Shown piece after piece: positions 12,466 to 24,821 of a stretch of 64,000 nt of DNA. A model generated the notes under the pieces. That model was not told where the DNA came from, searched no databases, and saw nothing but the letters and a program-made list of their open reading frames with translations. A program made the translations under genes and the position numbers. This stretch comes from Trypanosoma brucei (Eukaryota). Each line of letters opens with the position of its first letter. Position 1 is the first letter of the stretch. Location of the stretch: NCBI GenBank assembly GCA_000002445.1, contig CP000067.1, positions 1,376,001 through 1,440,000 of the forward strand, written 5' to 3'.

Positions 12466-13309
12466 TGTTATCTGATGACAACAAGCCCGGTAACGGTTAG
12501 CCGCAGCGACGACGGGAGCAAAATCACCAACGACGGTGACAACTGAACAAAGGGGATGATACACGGCAAAAGTGAAGTAGATTTTCCTGCTTAATATTTT
12601 TTCCCGGGAGGGGAAGGGGGTGTACAAACTGTTGTATACCACTCAAACCCTCTGGGCTTCTTTTCCCGTTATACTTGCGTAGGTTACTATTTACACTCCT
12701 CTCGAGCAGAAGGCAATGATACTATTGACTGTTGACCGGTTGCTAGCGCAGCGCAAAAACCTATGAAGTCAAAACGGGAAGGAGGTAGAAAGTAATGACA
12801 ACGTGAGGATGTGGTGCATTGCAAGTGCACGTGTGAAGTGTTACCTATAAAGCATAAAATAAAATGTTATGGCGATGTTAGCCTAACACCGTTGCAGCAA
12901 CCATTTCTGCGTGCAACAAAGCAGTTTAAAGAAATAAGGGAAATGAAAGGCAAACTGTCCATCAGCTTCAGGGATATGATCCCCAATTAACCTCTTCGCT
13001 CCTTAGCGGTATCAACTGCCTGCTTTCACAAGACCCTCTACACCACAAACTGTTGGTTTGCACACCCCATCACGTTCCCGTAGCGGCATCTTTCCCCTTG
13101 TCTGGCGTAGTGGCTACCGCTTTACTCGGATGTTAAAACTCATGCAGCTGGTGGGGTGTGAACTTTTCAAAACAGCTTGCGACCTCCCCCCCCCCCATTA
13201 GGTACGGTGATGGGTAACGAAGCAGTAGAAATGCCAACAGGCTTTCGCTATTGTTTGATGGGGAGTCAACAACATGTTTACGATGGCACATGATCTGCAT
13301 TTCCTCACG

Positions 13310-14647
13310 TTACACATTCATTCCCCAAGGCAAATGTACTGCGGAAAAAGCACCAGCGACGACTGCTATTATTAGTGTTGTGATGTCCTCCCTCAGCACC
13401 CAGTCCCACCATATGAGTGTGACACGGCATACAAAAAACACCGCGGCCAGAAGTATAGCGGCGGCCACGCCAGCTGCTATCTTCACGTAAAAGAGATAAT
13501 GTTTCTCCTCTGCAAGGTGCCTCTTTACCTTCCGGTATTTCTCACGAAAGTAATGACATGTTTGCTCTCCGTCTTTGCAGCATCCTGACATAGACCTCAG
13601 AACTAAATTCCTCTTTATGAGTTCCACCTTTATTATCTCGTCGCGGACAGAACAGTAGTTTCTCATCAGATGGTATTGTTCTTCGGCGTATGATCTGTTG
13701 CCTCTCTCATGCCGGTCGCCGTACTCGTGTCTTGCTTTCGTGATATCACCGAAAGGTTCAGCTTCACCATCTTTGCATTGTAATTGACGCCCCGCGGCCC
13801 TCAGTTGCAATTGCTGCAGCTCCCATTCTTTCACAGTTAAATTATCTTGCTTTATGGCCTTCTGTAACTCACAGAAATGGCACGTCACGGCGTCTGCGAA
13901 CGCACGCCAACGCGCTGGTTCCACAGTATTAAGTTCACCGCCTAGTTCGGTAGGGAGAACCGCTTGGTCGAACCATTGTAGCAGGAAACCTCGGCGTAGT
14001 TCGGCTTCAGACACGACGACAATAGAACCTGATATATCTTTCAACGCTCTGTTAAGCAGCGGCCGAGCTACTACCGCCGCGATTTTGGACATATTCACAA
14101 TAAAGACCCGCTCTATGAGCCCCGGGTAGAACCTGCTAATGCGTGTCGCAACAGTCTTTTGGAAGCATAACTCCATACTCTTTAACACCTCCGCGTTCTG
14201 TTGATCTATTAACAAAATTACACGGCAACTCTTATTTTCTTCACGCAGTCTTGTTGCATACGTCATAACAACATCAAGCATCTTGACGTATTCACTGTGA
14301 TTCTTTACACCTGTTGCGTATCGTGCGGTGCAAACGTACAGACAGACCCGTCCGAGTCGGTCTGACCCAATGATTTGGACAACTCCGCGCGCAAGTTCGC
14401 TATGAATGTCAGTATCGACGTCGGTGTAGTTGCACAACTCAGTTCTCTCCATCGTTTCACGCTCCTCTACGATTCTTATAGTCTCCGGGACGTTAAAATC
14501 CTTACTCTCGAGGAAAGCATATAACCAGCAATCAAAATGTGTGTGTGCAATACCTATGCGATTTTTCAGGTCCTGCAGTTGTTTCCGGTGGGTGGTTGCT
14601 TCGTATCCTAGGTGGGAAAGAAGTACGTCGACTTCATGAGTAGACAT
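13310..14647 (-). CDS. SEC14/CRAL-TRIO lipid-transfer domain protein with a coiled-coil region and a C-terminal transmembrane anchor.
   Basis: 445 aa with an ATG start. It aligns to yeast Sec14 at several points. WLYAFLESKDFNVPETIRIVEER matches RFLRARKFDV. GSDRLGRVCLYV matches DKDGRPVYFE. RFYPGLIERVFIVNMSKI matches YYPERMGKFYIINAPF. LPTELGGE matches LPVKFGGK. The C-terminus contains the hydrophobic run IAAGVAAAILLAAVFFV. Confidence 0.8.
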   Translation of the reverse strand: MSTHEVDVLLSHLGYEATTHRKQLQDLKNRIGIAHTHFDCWLYAFLESKDFNVPETIRIVEERETMERTELCNYTDVDTDIHSELARGVVQIIGSDRLGRVCLYVCTARYATGVKNHSEYVKMLDVVMTYATRLREENKSCRVILLIDQQNAEVLKSMELCFQKTVATRISRFYPGLIERVFIVNMSKIAAVVARPLLNRALKDISGSIVVVSEAELRRGFLLQWFDQAVLPTELGGELNTVEPARWRAFADAVTCHFCELQKAIKQDNLTVKEWELQQLQLRAAGRQLQCKDGEAEPFGDITKARHEYGDRHERGNRSYAEEQYHLMRNYCSVRDEIIKVELIKRNLVLRSMSGCCKDGEQTCHYFREKYRKVKRHLAEEKHYLFYVKIAAGVAAAILLAAVFFVCRVTLIWWDWVLREDITTLIIAVVAGAFSAVHLPWGMNV

Positions 14648-17457
14648 CCTCCAGTCCCCCCCTTTTCCACTCTACAACTTCGTTACGTTCGCATAAAATA
14701 CCAGAAGGACCACCTGCGTGCAACACACTGCGGAAAAATTTCCACTTCTTCCCCACCTCTAAACTAGCGTAAAATAGTAATACAGTAGGGAAAAATATTG
14801 AATACAATAATGATGGAGCCGACAATATTTTCCGCTTCGGCTCCATGAATTTCCACGCTCTAACGGTGATCAAAGGGGGGAAAGTAAAGAAAAGAGAGAG
14901 AGAAGCTACTAAAACAGACACAACTGTGTCGCCACAATATCCCGCATAATCATCCAATGTGCGTTTGGTGTCAATGCAAAACAAAAAAAAAAGAAATGCG
15001 CTCTTCCCTACCCACAGCAAACGGTTCACACTACGTCCCCGTAATCTCACCTCAATATCAAACTAAACAAAAAAAACTAAAAAGACCATCTAAATCATAT
15101 AGTAGTGATACAATTTCAACCAAATTTGTGCACCTCGCAGCATATTTGGCGAAAACAGTGTTGTCACCACGGCTCAAGTTCCCTTCCGGATTAGTTTGGT
15201 TAAACAATATAACCCATAGGATGTAGAAAAGGATATCGTGTATACCACTTCCCCCTCACTCAAAAAGGGCCAAAAATACGACGGTCCCTCCTTTGATTTT
15301 CGTCACAGGGGATTTTGTCCACTGAAAGAGCGGCAAGCAATCGATTAACAGTCCCACTGGCTGTTACTATGAAGATACCCACGAGGTGCAGTATACAATC
15401 TTTTGGCAACCACTTATACTCAGTGAACCTAACAGTCCCGTGCGACAAGAGGTGCGACTGAGGTCTCCATAGGTTAGATTTTATGTTGATTATACATAAA
15501 CAATACAAAAAAATCTCACCAATTTAAGGTTTCTAATAATTTTTTTTGACGCCGGTAAGGTTAAAGTTTATTTTATAGTACTGCGGCGATCCACTGCACT
15601 GGGCCCATTACGGGCAAAGATCTCAGCTGCACGAAAAAAATACACCACTCAAACGCACGTATTCCTCATTTTTTTTTTTGCGACTGAGCAGCTCAAACGG
15701 CGTTAGCGCAAATGGGAGTCATTTTGCACACAGCAACTAAATGCCAGATGACGGTACCGGAACGAGAGGAGAAAGTTAGAAGCAGAGGTTGGTAGACTGA
15801 AAATAGGCACTTATGTATTCGTGTACCGTCACAAAGTTGTACTTTTCAAGATTTCACCAAAACCACTGAAATGGTGTCGGATACATCCCGGAAATCGCTG
15901 AATCCCCCCCCCCCTGTGTGCCAACCCACGAGATGTGTAAAGCCAATAAGGGAGATGCATCCCATTGTGACAAAAACCACAAGCATTCGCAACTCTCAAG
16001 ATACCTAATTTCTTCGCATACGCAAGGTACTACGCCTCCGCACATTTCTCCATGAAAACATCATTGATTCGATGTTATAAACCGCCCCCATGGGGTAACA
16101 CTACCCCCCATAAAAGTCAATAAATAACTATAGATACAAGCAAAAATAAGGGAATATATCTAAGCGTCCGAGTCAACTTCCGACACTGTCAACTTGTCAC
16201 GGTAAGCATGATGCAAATATTGCGCTGCAGTAAACGGATTTGCTTCCCTGCAAACGGAAAGGGCAGCGCAGCGTGATAAACCCGGTCCTTGAAAAATTGA
16301 TACATAGGCTTCCTGTCATCACAGTTAATGACATCTACGGTATATGCCGCCTTCGCAACCCGTCGGGGCAGCGGCGAGTAGGACCATTACCATAACGGGC
16401 ACCATCACGCAGCTTTCATGAAGAAACGTGAAGAGGCATCATATGTTCCCGTGTGTGTCACTAAGAATACCAATAGATATAAGATCCAATGAGTTCCACA
16501 AAACACACATACACATATATGCAACAACAGTAAAATATGAGAATTTATTGACTGATGGAACGTAATACAATTGGGGGCCAGACACCTATGACATGACGGT
16601 TTCTGATAAAGCAGTCAGAGGCCACTACAGACTTGGGTAGTCATGTCCTTCATTTTCCGCATTTGTTACCCTCCATGCTCACAAGAGGTCATGGTCGCTG
16701 TACACCACTGAAAGACACAGTGCCGAGGGGCAACTTGTTTTCACCGCTTAACCAGCATTTGGTTTTTGTTTCTCCACAGCAGTCAAGATTATTTGGTAAT
16801 TTCACACGGTGTGAAGTGGCCGAAAGAGTTAAAAACGATACCACCACCCAAATAGACAACTTTTGTCAGAAGCCACTCCGTCCCCTCCGCGCCACGCGGC
16901 TGTCAGTGTTGCCTTTTGAGCCCAGTCTGTAGAACGAACCCGCACAATATTTATGTATTGGAATTGTGAAAGATGCCAGCAATGGCCTTACGAAAAAGTT
17001 GCTATGACTTTAACTCCTCAATAGACCAGTTTGTGCTCCATCATCACTTTCAGTAAAATGTGGTGGCCGCTACGCCATTACAAAGAGCACCAACGACACG
17101 ACTTAGTTCTGTGACGACGCAAATACTCAACGGAAAGGGCCCTTTCCTCGTGCGTTTGACGCTGATAGTGATACCCCCTTCCTGAAGATAGCTAATACTA
17201 CTTCGGCAATACCTGCCACAGACATTTAAGAATGTAGTTGCGTTGCGATGCGGTGCGTTGTAGGGGGAGGGGGTGGAGATGCCAACTTTGCCCGTGGTGA
17301 CAAAAAATACGGGCTGCCATTAAAAAAGAAATCATAGTAAGTGATTGAAACAAGCGCTCACAAAGCAGTGTAAAAACAGTAACAATATTGCTAACGGTAA
17401 TAAAAGTAGTAGTATCCGTGGGGCAGAGGTAGCCAGTCAGTATGACGCCATATATTG

Positions 17458-17847
17458 CTACCTTTCTTTCTTCTCAAGGGCGTTGTGCAGCCTTGCAAAC
17501 TTCATCACGGCAGCACTCAAAACCGTGGCAAGTGCGTGGATGTACATATTTCGTTCAAGGCGCCACTTCCTTCCCTCCCAGTCGATTTCCATTGTCATTT
17601 CCGCGAAGCTTGGTTTGCCGCCACTGTACTTCCTCCTCCAATCAATTACTTGTAGAACAAAACCAATGAATGTTGTGACTGTCACTATAGTGAGAACCGA
17701 CACTCCGTAAAAATTGACTCGTTCGGCATAGCCCATTGCCCGGCTCATGGCTCTCGACAGCAGCGGTATAGGGATTATGAACAAAACGAAGACGATAAAT
17801 GCAGGCACTATAAGCGCGTTAACCTCCAATGCCAAAAGGCTGACCAT
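17458..17847 (-). CDS. Small hypothetical membrane protein of about 129 aa with 2-3 predicted transmembrane helices.
   Basis: ORF on the PTU strand; I placed the ATG at the second codon. It has the hydrophobic segments LIVPAFIVFVLFIIPIPLL and VSVLTIVTVTTFIGFVLQVI, then a basic stretch. It is the only plausible gene in the 14.6–21 kb gene-poor stretch. I found no family match. Confidence 0.35.
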   Translation of the reverse strand: MVSLLALEVNALIVPAFIVFVLFIIPIPLLSRAMSRAMGYAERVNFYGVSVLTIVTVTTFIGFVLQVIDWRRKYSGGKPSFAEMTMEIDWEGRKWRLERNMYIHALATVLSAAVMKFARLHNALEKKER

Positions 17848-20800
17848 CACTAAAGACTTACCTTCATCGACAAAAGTTAAGTGAAATGATACAGAAACGA
17901 GTGCGCGTCGTACAGTTTCATACCCTCTGAGTCAAAGCCATTATCAACAGCCATATCGACTTAACGAGTATCACAGAATGCATAACACATGTATGCACAT
18001 GTTTGGTATCGCATAGCTTTGTTGATTATTCAAACATCCCCCCTCTCTTGGTGAGAAACTACAATGCTTGTACCATTTGACAAAAAAAAACTTGAGAAAT
18101 ATTTTCACGCGGGGATAGCAGCGCGAATCTTTCTAGAAGGGGGACTAAGACAGTAGGACATTACGCGACATCCAGAGCCGGCACGTCCGTCCCAGTTCAT
18201 CGCTATTCCATGTTGTCGTTTTCCGAGTGGGTTAGAAAAACAGCACAGGTGGGTGAAGCGGTCAAGTCATTTACGAATGACTTTGCTGTTGGCGATTCGC
18301 ACCGTCCCAAAGTTTTTTTTTTCAAAAAAGGGGGAATGCTCCACTCTTTCACCTCGGAGTTGACAGGTGACCGACATGCCATCGACATCGTGTATCCAAA
18401 GCAGCGGCAGCCCGGCCCCAAATGGTTAAACTCCCTGCGCTGAGGTAACGCGCCCCGCATAGGCACATGGAAAATATCCTTACTGATGAGGTTTGAATCA
18501 CCCGCAGCCCTAGTGCTCCCCGCCGACTACCAAAGAAACAACCAACCCTGTTTCCCCCTTCGATAAACAATGCAATGGGGCGACAAACCTTTATCCTACG
18601 GACTGCTGGCCGAAATCCCTGGTGAAACAGCATTTCCGGCTGGTCGTTAAGTGGAGTCAACACGGTACTCACAGCTTACACCGCGCCCGCGCCCACACCC
18701 TCGCCTCGGGGGTCCCTCCCTCCCCCAAGAAACGCCACAGCCGCCGCGGGACGACACCATTCGCTGGTCCCACCGCCCTAGGGAAAATGCGGATGTCAGA
18801 GGATTCTCACCGCGCCATGCTTGGATCCCTTTACCTTCCCTTTTGCCTTTGCCACCGTTGCTTTACACTAAAGTTGGCTCCCACATGCCCGCGGTCGCGT
18901 TCGGACCGTCGTGTTGGGAGCAAAATAATCGCCCTAGCAGTCGACCGGGTGTCTCCCTGTGTGCGCGGGGGCTGTCACCGCTTCGCTGGCAAACCGTTCC
19001 ACGTCGGCTTCCCCAGCAAAAAGTTTGCCACACAACTCGGTGCCGCCCACAGCCACTCCCTGTTCCACGTAGTGAAAGTGCACGTGGGACAGAAGGATTA
19101 ATAATGCACAGCCGAAACACCGGGTATGGCGCCAACGCCTTGTTTGAAAGAAACTGTCCAGGTTGGCCATCAACACAGGAAGACACACAAGTAAACACGA
19201 GAATGCACCAGTTCCATGAGTGAACATGGATTCGAAGGCAAAAAGGGATAAAGGACGAAACAATAATGAAAGCTGTGTCCCCCCCCGCCTTACCTCACCA
19301 ATTGTGGTTAAGAGGCGAACCTGTTGGTTTGGAGGACTTTGGGGCGCACCCGGGTGGAGATGTTTCAGATGCGGAAGGGTTGGAAGAGTTGGAAGGGAGA
19401 TGCGAATCCACCGCCTTACGCGAAGTGGGAGGCACGAAAAGGAAGCACGGCAACTGTAGCAAAAGCAACGTGAATGCCAGTGGTGTGTTTGCGTTGTTTC
19501 CGCGGCGCTGGAAAGTGTGCAAAGACCGGAAAAATAGAGTTGTGGTTCATGTAAAACCGTATGCGTGCAATGCCCGGTGGTGAAGCAGGATTTAAGCAAA
19601 AAAAAAAGAGATAAATACGCGGGAGGGGGGAAAGTTTACGAGTTCAACATGTGAAAGGTGTTTCGTAGCAGGGGCTTCGATAATGCACATCAACCTCGTG
19701 AGTATGCACGGCCCCGTGGCACCGCTAAAGGGACTACGAGCGGTGGAGGGAAAGTGGGGTTAGCCGTAGCCGCGCCGGTGTTGAAACCAAAATAAAAAAA
19801 GGGATGACGTGGAGGTAACAGTTAAAGAAGGAGAGGATAGAGAGATCAGGGTGGGGTTGGAATAAAATGTTCCTAGTAAACTTTTGATGTTCACGGGGCA
19901 CGTGGGGCTCCAGAGAGTAAGGAGAGGTGCGCACTTAAGGCACACACAAGAAAAATGCATACTGAATCCGATTGCGCGCTCCGAGGGGTTTCCTGACGCT
20001 TTTATAAGGAAGTGGAAGGTGTAAAGTGAAACCCACCAGTGCCCCATACTGCGGCTAAACGTAAGCGAGGCGAGTTGGTCTAAAAGGTTTAGTAGGAAGG
20101 TTACACGGCGATGGAAAGAAGGACGTTTACAACAAATTGAAGTTGGGTATCCAAGGATTGCTGAGCCACTTGCCCGAATGCACTGCCGTGGAGAAGCTGA
20201 AGATGAAACATGAACTAATAGGCTTGATGGGGAAAGCGCCTCGCGGGGAGGCAAAAATTGGCGGGGTTCCTTTCCGTTTGACTCCGAAGGGGAGGCCCAA
20301 AAAGAGTACATACCAAAACAGAGGGTAATTCTAAGAGGCAGGACTTGTTTAGTCCCACCAAAATCTGTGGTGAATCATCTTCCAGTTCCTGCGGCAGCTA
20401 CGGTAAGGTTAACGGCGTTGAGCGTAGCAGTGTCACCCCGTCAAAAGCATTAAAAAACGGAATATATGGGACAGTGGTGACATAATTGCAACAGCAAGAC
20501 ATCCCCTTCATTTACGGTAACGGCATGCGCACAGTTGCTCAAATGACGCTCAACCAGCCGATTAAACTTTCCGTGGGATGCAGCTACGACAGTAACCCTG
20601 CGCATACCCTTCCTAACAAGCACCTGCTGGCGTAGAAAATATGAAAAATCATAAGAGACAGCCCGTTACGAGATGTGACCGCAGTGATCCAGCAAGCACA
20701 TGGCTCTATGGTGGAGGTTTTGAATTCCGCAACAACAACAGCTAAAATCATTAAATGATAGAGGGCGCTACACCGTATAGAGCGGTGGGAAGCATGCTCA

Positions 20801-20988
20801 AAACCAAACCCGAAAGAAAGAAAATGTGAACAAGGTTGTCGCGGTTCGTCATCAACTTCGGGAACGGGAGCGATTGAGGTTACAATGAGCCGAGCTTTTT
20901 TTAAAAAAAAAAATCGCCCCTTACCCTTCCCGATTCCTCCACCCCCCCCCCTCCCTACACAAAGGAAAAGAAAAGAAAAAAAGTTACA

Positions 20989-22206
20989 TCAAAACTGCTT
21001 CCCTCTATTCATCTTTATCTGCATCCGCCTGATGCTGTGGAAGAAGAGGGAATCAATAAGGCCAGTTACCGTGTAAACACCGCCGCCTACGGCGCACAGT
21101 TGCAACACCAGATGCACAATGGATGGATATGGGTGTGTACGCTTGACTGAGACGCGAATGGGAGAGAGATCGTATGATATGAACACTCCTGGTACCACAG
21201 ATGGATCATGTTTGGCATTGTTGTTCTCTCCTCCCTTTGGAGTCTCCCAACTTGGGGTGAAGTGATGCGTCACAGAGTATTGGTTAGATTCTACCACGCG
21301 GCCGCCTCCAACTAATGACTCAATACGGTAAACTGTGGGCACCACCTTCACGAAATACGAGAACCGGCCAATTAGAGGCTCGGATGGATCCGTAGCGCCA
21401 CGCACATTTGCCATCCCGTCCATAGGATTACTTTGTCCTGGAAACCGCTCACCAAACTCCAGGGAATGCACGATATGACTAAGATTCAACTTCTGTATAG
21501 TCTCCCCTTTAAAACTATGCAGGTGTTGACCAAAGAAATTAAACATACGACCCGGTATGAAATGAATGTTTCCCGTCACTCGCGGAACACTAAAGGAGGC
21601 GTGCAAGTTACACCCCTCTGTGGACGCACTTGCCGCCGCCATCTTAAGCCGCTCATGCACGCACTGCACAATACTGGCATCGTCTTCGTGGAACTCCCAC
21701 TGGCGCTCCGCAAATGCGCGCCGCACATCATCACAAGTGTGACAACAGTCCCCTGGATTACTCTCGGCACCGTAGCAACTCGGGCACTTTCCATGCTCAG
21801 CTCCGTTCCCATCAGCTGGTTGCTTCTTCATATCCATGAGTGGTCGTGCCTCACCGAGTGGAACCAATGTATCGGGATTCACACGAACCCTGGCAGTGTC
21901 TGTCAGAACATTTTCAACGTGCTCACCAAAGGCGTCAATGGCGTCCGCCGTCATGAGATCACATGGCACCCGTGGGAACGTAATGTTTACTTTCATGTGC
22001 ATGATACCGCCGATATGCGGATCGACGTACATCTCATGTTGTTCCACGGAGGAAAAGAAGTAACGCACCTCACCCACGACGAGAAAAGTGATTATGAAAA
22101 TGGACGCCATGGAGAGAACACCACCAAGCGCCGTACGCTGCCGGGCATCCCGCAAGAAACGCTCGTCAAACTTCGGGAAGACATCAAGGCGGCTGAGGCC
22201 TTTCAT
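20989..22206 (-). CDS. ERGIC3/Erv46 family ER-to-Golgi vesicle transport protein (COPII cargo receptor component).
   Basis: 405 aa with an ATG start. The N-terminus MKGLSRLDVFPKFDERFLRDARQRTALGGVLSMASIFIITFLVV matches ERGIC3 KQFDAYPKTLEDFRVKTCGGATVTIVSG and its transmembrane segment. The luminal Cys cluster CPSCYGAE...CCHTCDDVRRAF is present. FSYFVKVVPTVY is identical to the ERGIC3 motif. A C-terminal transmembrane segment is followed by GLIDSLFFHS. Confidence 0.85.
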   Translation of the reverse strand: MKGLSRLDVFPKFDERFLRDARQRTALGGVLSMASIFIITFLVVGEVRYFFSSVEQHEMYVDPHIGGIMHMKVNITFPRVPCDLMTADAIDAFGEHVENVLTDTARVRVNPDTLVPLGEARPLMDMKKQPADGNGAEHGKCPSCYGAESNPGDCCHTCDDVRRAFAERQWEFHEDDASIVQCVHERLKMAAASASTEGCNLHASFSVPRVTGNIHFIPGRMFNFFGQHLHSFKGETIQKLNLSHIVHSLEFGERFPGQSNPMDGMANVRGATDPSEPLIGRFSYFVKVVPTVYRIESLVGGGRVVESNQYSVTHHFTPSWETPKGGENNNAKHDPSVVPGVFISYDLSPIRVSVKRTHPYPSIVHLVLQLCAVGGGVYTVTGLIDSLFFHSIRRMQIKMNRGKQF

Positions 22207-22839
22207 GGTACCCCACGACTAAAACAAACGGGCGTTACACCCAGCAAATTATATCGATTTCACTACAACAGAAAAAGAAAGTGGGGTGAAAATGCTAAAG
22301 GGTGCCCGCAGGAGGTGTGAGTGTAGTGGTATTAGTGCTGGTGGAAAAATGCAATATGCAGAGTTAGACAAGTTTTGTGCGAGACTCGGTGCTTATCGAT
22401 ACAAGTCATAAAGTACGTGAAACGGGTTAAAGCATACCTGTGGAAGGTTACTTAGCCAAAAAAAAAAATGGAAAAAAGTGCTTGCCCTACGCGCATTCAT
22501 ATACACTATTTTTTCCCTTTCTATTGCTCCCATTTTCTCTTGTCTAAGTGTTTACGCAGTTGATTACCACATCAACGTTCATATATTTCTTTTGCGTCTT
22601 CTTTAATATATACGTGTGTGGTCTCGCGTTCAGGAGGACAGGGAAGCTGAGAGCACAAGCCCGCAATTACATAAAATGTCTACACAATGAACCACAGAAG
22701 TTTGTTCCTTCTGTGCGTGAGGAATAGTGAAAGGGGAGCTCACAGAATATCCCTACACACACATACATATGTATGTGCATATATTTCAGGGCGGCCTTTC
22801 CAGAAAAAAATATATATATCTAGTCTACGGTAACTCTAG

Positions 22840-24039
22840 TCACACGGCAGGCACCACTAGTTGCACACGCTTGGTGTCGTTTAAAGAATACCTCACGCTT
22901 TGCCCAGAAATCCCACATATGTCGTCGCGATCGCAATCCTGCTCACTTTCCTCGTCCTCAGCGCCTGCCGAGTTCCACGACCCTCGCTGTGTTAACCCTG
23001 ATACCGTGTCACCAGTATGTCGGGTACTGCGGGCATAACCGTCATCGTCTCCATCGGAACCGGTGTCAAGAACAATACTCTTCTGCGCGAAGCTAACTCC
23101 ACGAGACATGGAGCGCGAGGACCGCCGTGACCGTTTTATCCCCAAAAGCGGCTCGTTGTTTCGCATTTCCATTAATTGATTTTCCGTTTCCTCCGCTTGA
23201 CTCGCAGCCTCCTCCCCGCGCCGTGACTCCACATCAAAAAGCGCTTCCGACTGAAGCATGCACAACCTTCGACGATTCTCCAAAGTGGCGAACCTCTCCC
23301 GCACGGCACATGTCTCCTTTTTCAGTCTCTCCTTTTCCTCCATAACTGCGTCGTAGCTTTGGTGCTGTCGCTGCAACTCCTCGAGGGAATGTTTAGCCTC
23401 TTCCACACGGCTGGCGAGATGAACGCACTGCACCTCCGCATTCTTAATCTGTGCCGTGTAGTCCACAATGGGTTCCACGTAATATTGTTGTTCTAGTACC
23501 ACCATTTGCATAAGCTCCACAGCGACCTTTTGTGTTTGTTCTTCCAGTTGCTCTCTCATTCTCTCGAGCTCGATAATTTGGGGGCGAAGCTCCTCCTCCT
23601 CCCTCTTCAGCGACTTTTCTTCCTCTTCAAGTGCAGCTAGTTCGGTCATTGGGGGAGGTAACGTGTTTCTCATCAAGTTTGCGGCATACCGAAAGTAATC
23701 ACTTGCCGAGGTTTCCGTTCCGGTCCCAGAGGTACGTGGGGAAGCGCTCACGTACCCATGCAGGTTTGGTGCCTGTGCTGCGGGGAATTGAGTAATGAAA
23801 GGTGCGGGATTCGTTGCGCGGGTGCTCGTTTCTAGAGAGCCAAGTCGAGGAGCAGTTGCAGCCATAACAAACTCTCCTTGTGCCGCAGCTGTTGGGGGCA
23901 TTGCGTGGCTGGTTGCACTCAAGTGCTGAGGGATGCGTAATGTCGGCACATCGGGCATTGCAAGCGGCAGACCCGTGTTATACGAAGGAGCCAAACCCTC
24001 AGGCTGCCTCTGGTACAGCGGTGGCGTTGATGCGCGCAT
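22840..24039 (-). CDS. Hypothetical coiled-coil protein
   Basis: About 399 aa on the PTU strand. The ORF-track start is TTG, so I took the ATG at the second codon. It has a long heptad-rich E/L/R/Q segment, ELAALEEEEKSLKREEEELRPQIIELERMREQLEEQ. I did not recognise any enzymatic domain. Confidence 0.55.
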   Translation of the reverse strand: MRASTPPLYQRQPEGLAPSYNTGLPLAMPDVPTLRIPQHLSATSHAMPPTAAAQGEFVMAATAPRLGSLETSTRATNPAPFITQFPAAQAPNLHGYVSASPRTSGTGTETSASDYFRYAANLMRNTLPPPMTELAALEEEEKSLKREEEELRPQIIELERMREQLEEQTQKVAVELMQMVVLEQQYYVEPIVDYTAQIKNAEVQCVHLASRVEEAKHSLEELQRQHQSYDAVMEEKERLKKETCAVRERFATLENRRRLCMLQSEALFDVESRRGEEAASQAEETENQLMEMRNNEPLLGIKRSRRSSRSMSRGVSFAQKSIVLDTGSDGDDDGYARSTRHTGDTVSGLTQRGSWNSAGAEDEESEQDCDRDDICGISGQSVRYSLNDTKRVQLVVPAV

Positions 24040-24821
24040 CAAACGAATTGCAGCACGGGGGAGCGAGAAAAAAAATCCGCGGAGGAAATACTGGAACAGT
24101 CCGTTAGGTGTATTAGGAATGAAACTGCTCTATTACTGTCCGTGTAAAGGCCTATCGCCCAACTCTAAATGTTTAGGGAGGAAGAAAATGCAAAGGTAGA
24201 ATAGTCGAGGTGCAAGAAAAAAAATAGAACGAAGAAATGTCGCTTTCGTGTGACAACATTGGCAGACGACTTTACCACTACTGCGACGCGACTAGACTAC
24301 AAACAAACGGTGCTGCAGCTCTTACGGGATTACCAAGCGGAAAATAGAAGCACGTACAAAAAATAAAGAATGGAGGCGCGTACCAATACGGGGTTTACTC
24401 TATGAAATATGGTAGTCTATGGGTAAAATTTATGGATGTAAGTGTATGATGCGTCGGCAACAACAACGGTAGTGCTCCACCCCAAGGACAAGCAAAAACA
24501 AGATACGAACGAAAGTCACCAAGAAAAGCGCACGCGTGCGGCAAAAAACAAAACGCGACACTCGTTGCTTCGGAGCACAACCTGTGATTTCTTAACCACA
24601 CAAGTACTTACTTGGTTCACAGCTATTTAATTCAAAAAATGTAGCGATAACGAAAGAAAAGATCTGAAGAAGATCAAACAAAAGAAATCCCGTCAACAAT
24701 GACCGCCTCGATGAGGGGCCTCAAGAGGAGCAGAGGGCAGAACAGGAGAGTTCGCAAACAAGTGCCAAGATAATGTAAAGGTGATAAAGTTGGGGCGTCC
24801 ACGCAGTCCCTCAGTACACTG

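Noticed and set aside
18622-19599. ORFs of 159, 190, 111 and 221 aa in the GC-rich island.
   Set aside because: They overlap one another on both strands, encode low-complexity proline- and arginine-rich sequence, and have no recognisable domains. They are most likely chance ORFs in GC-rich DNA or relics.
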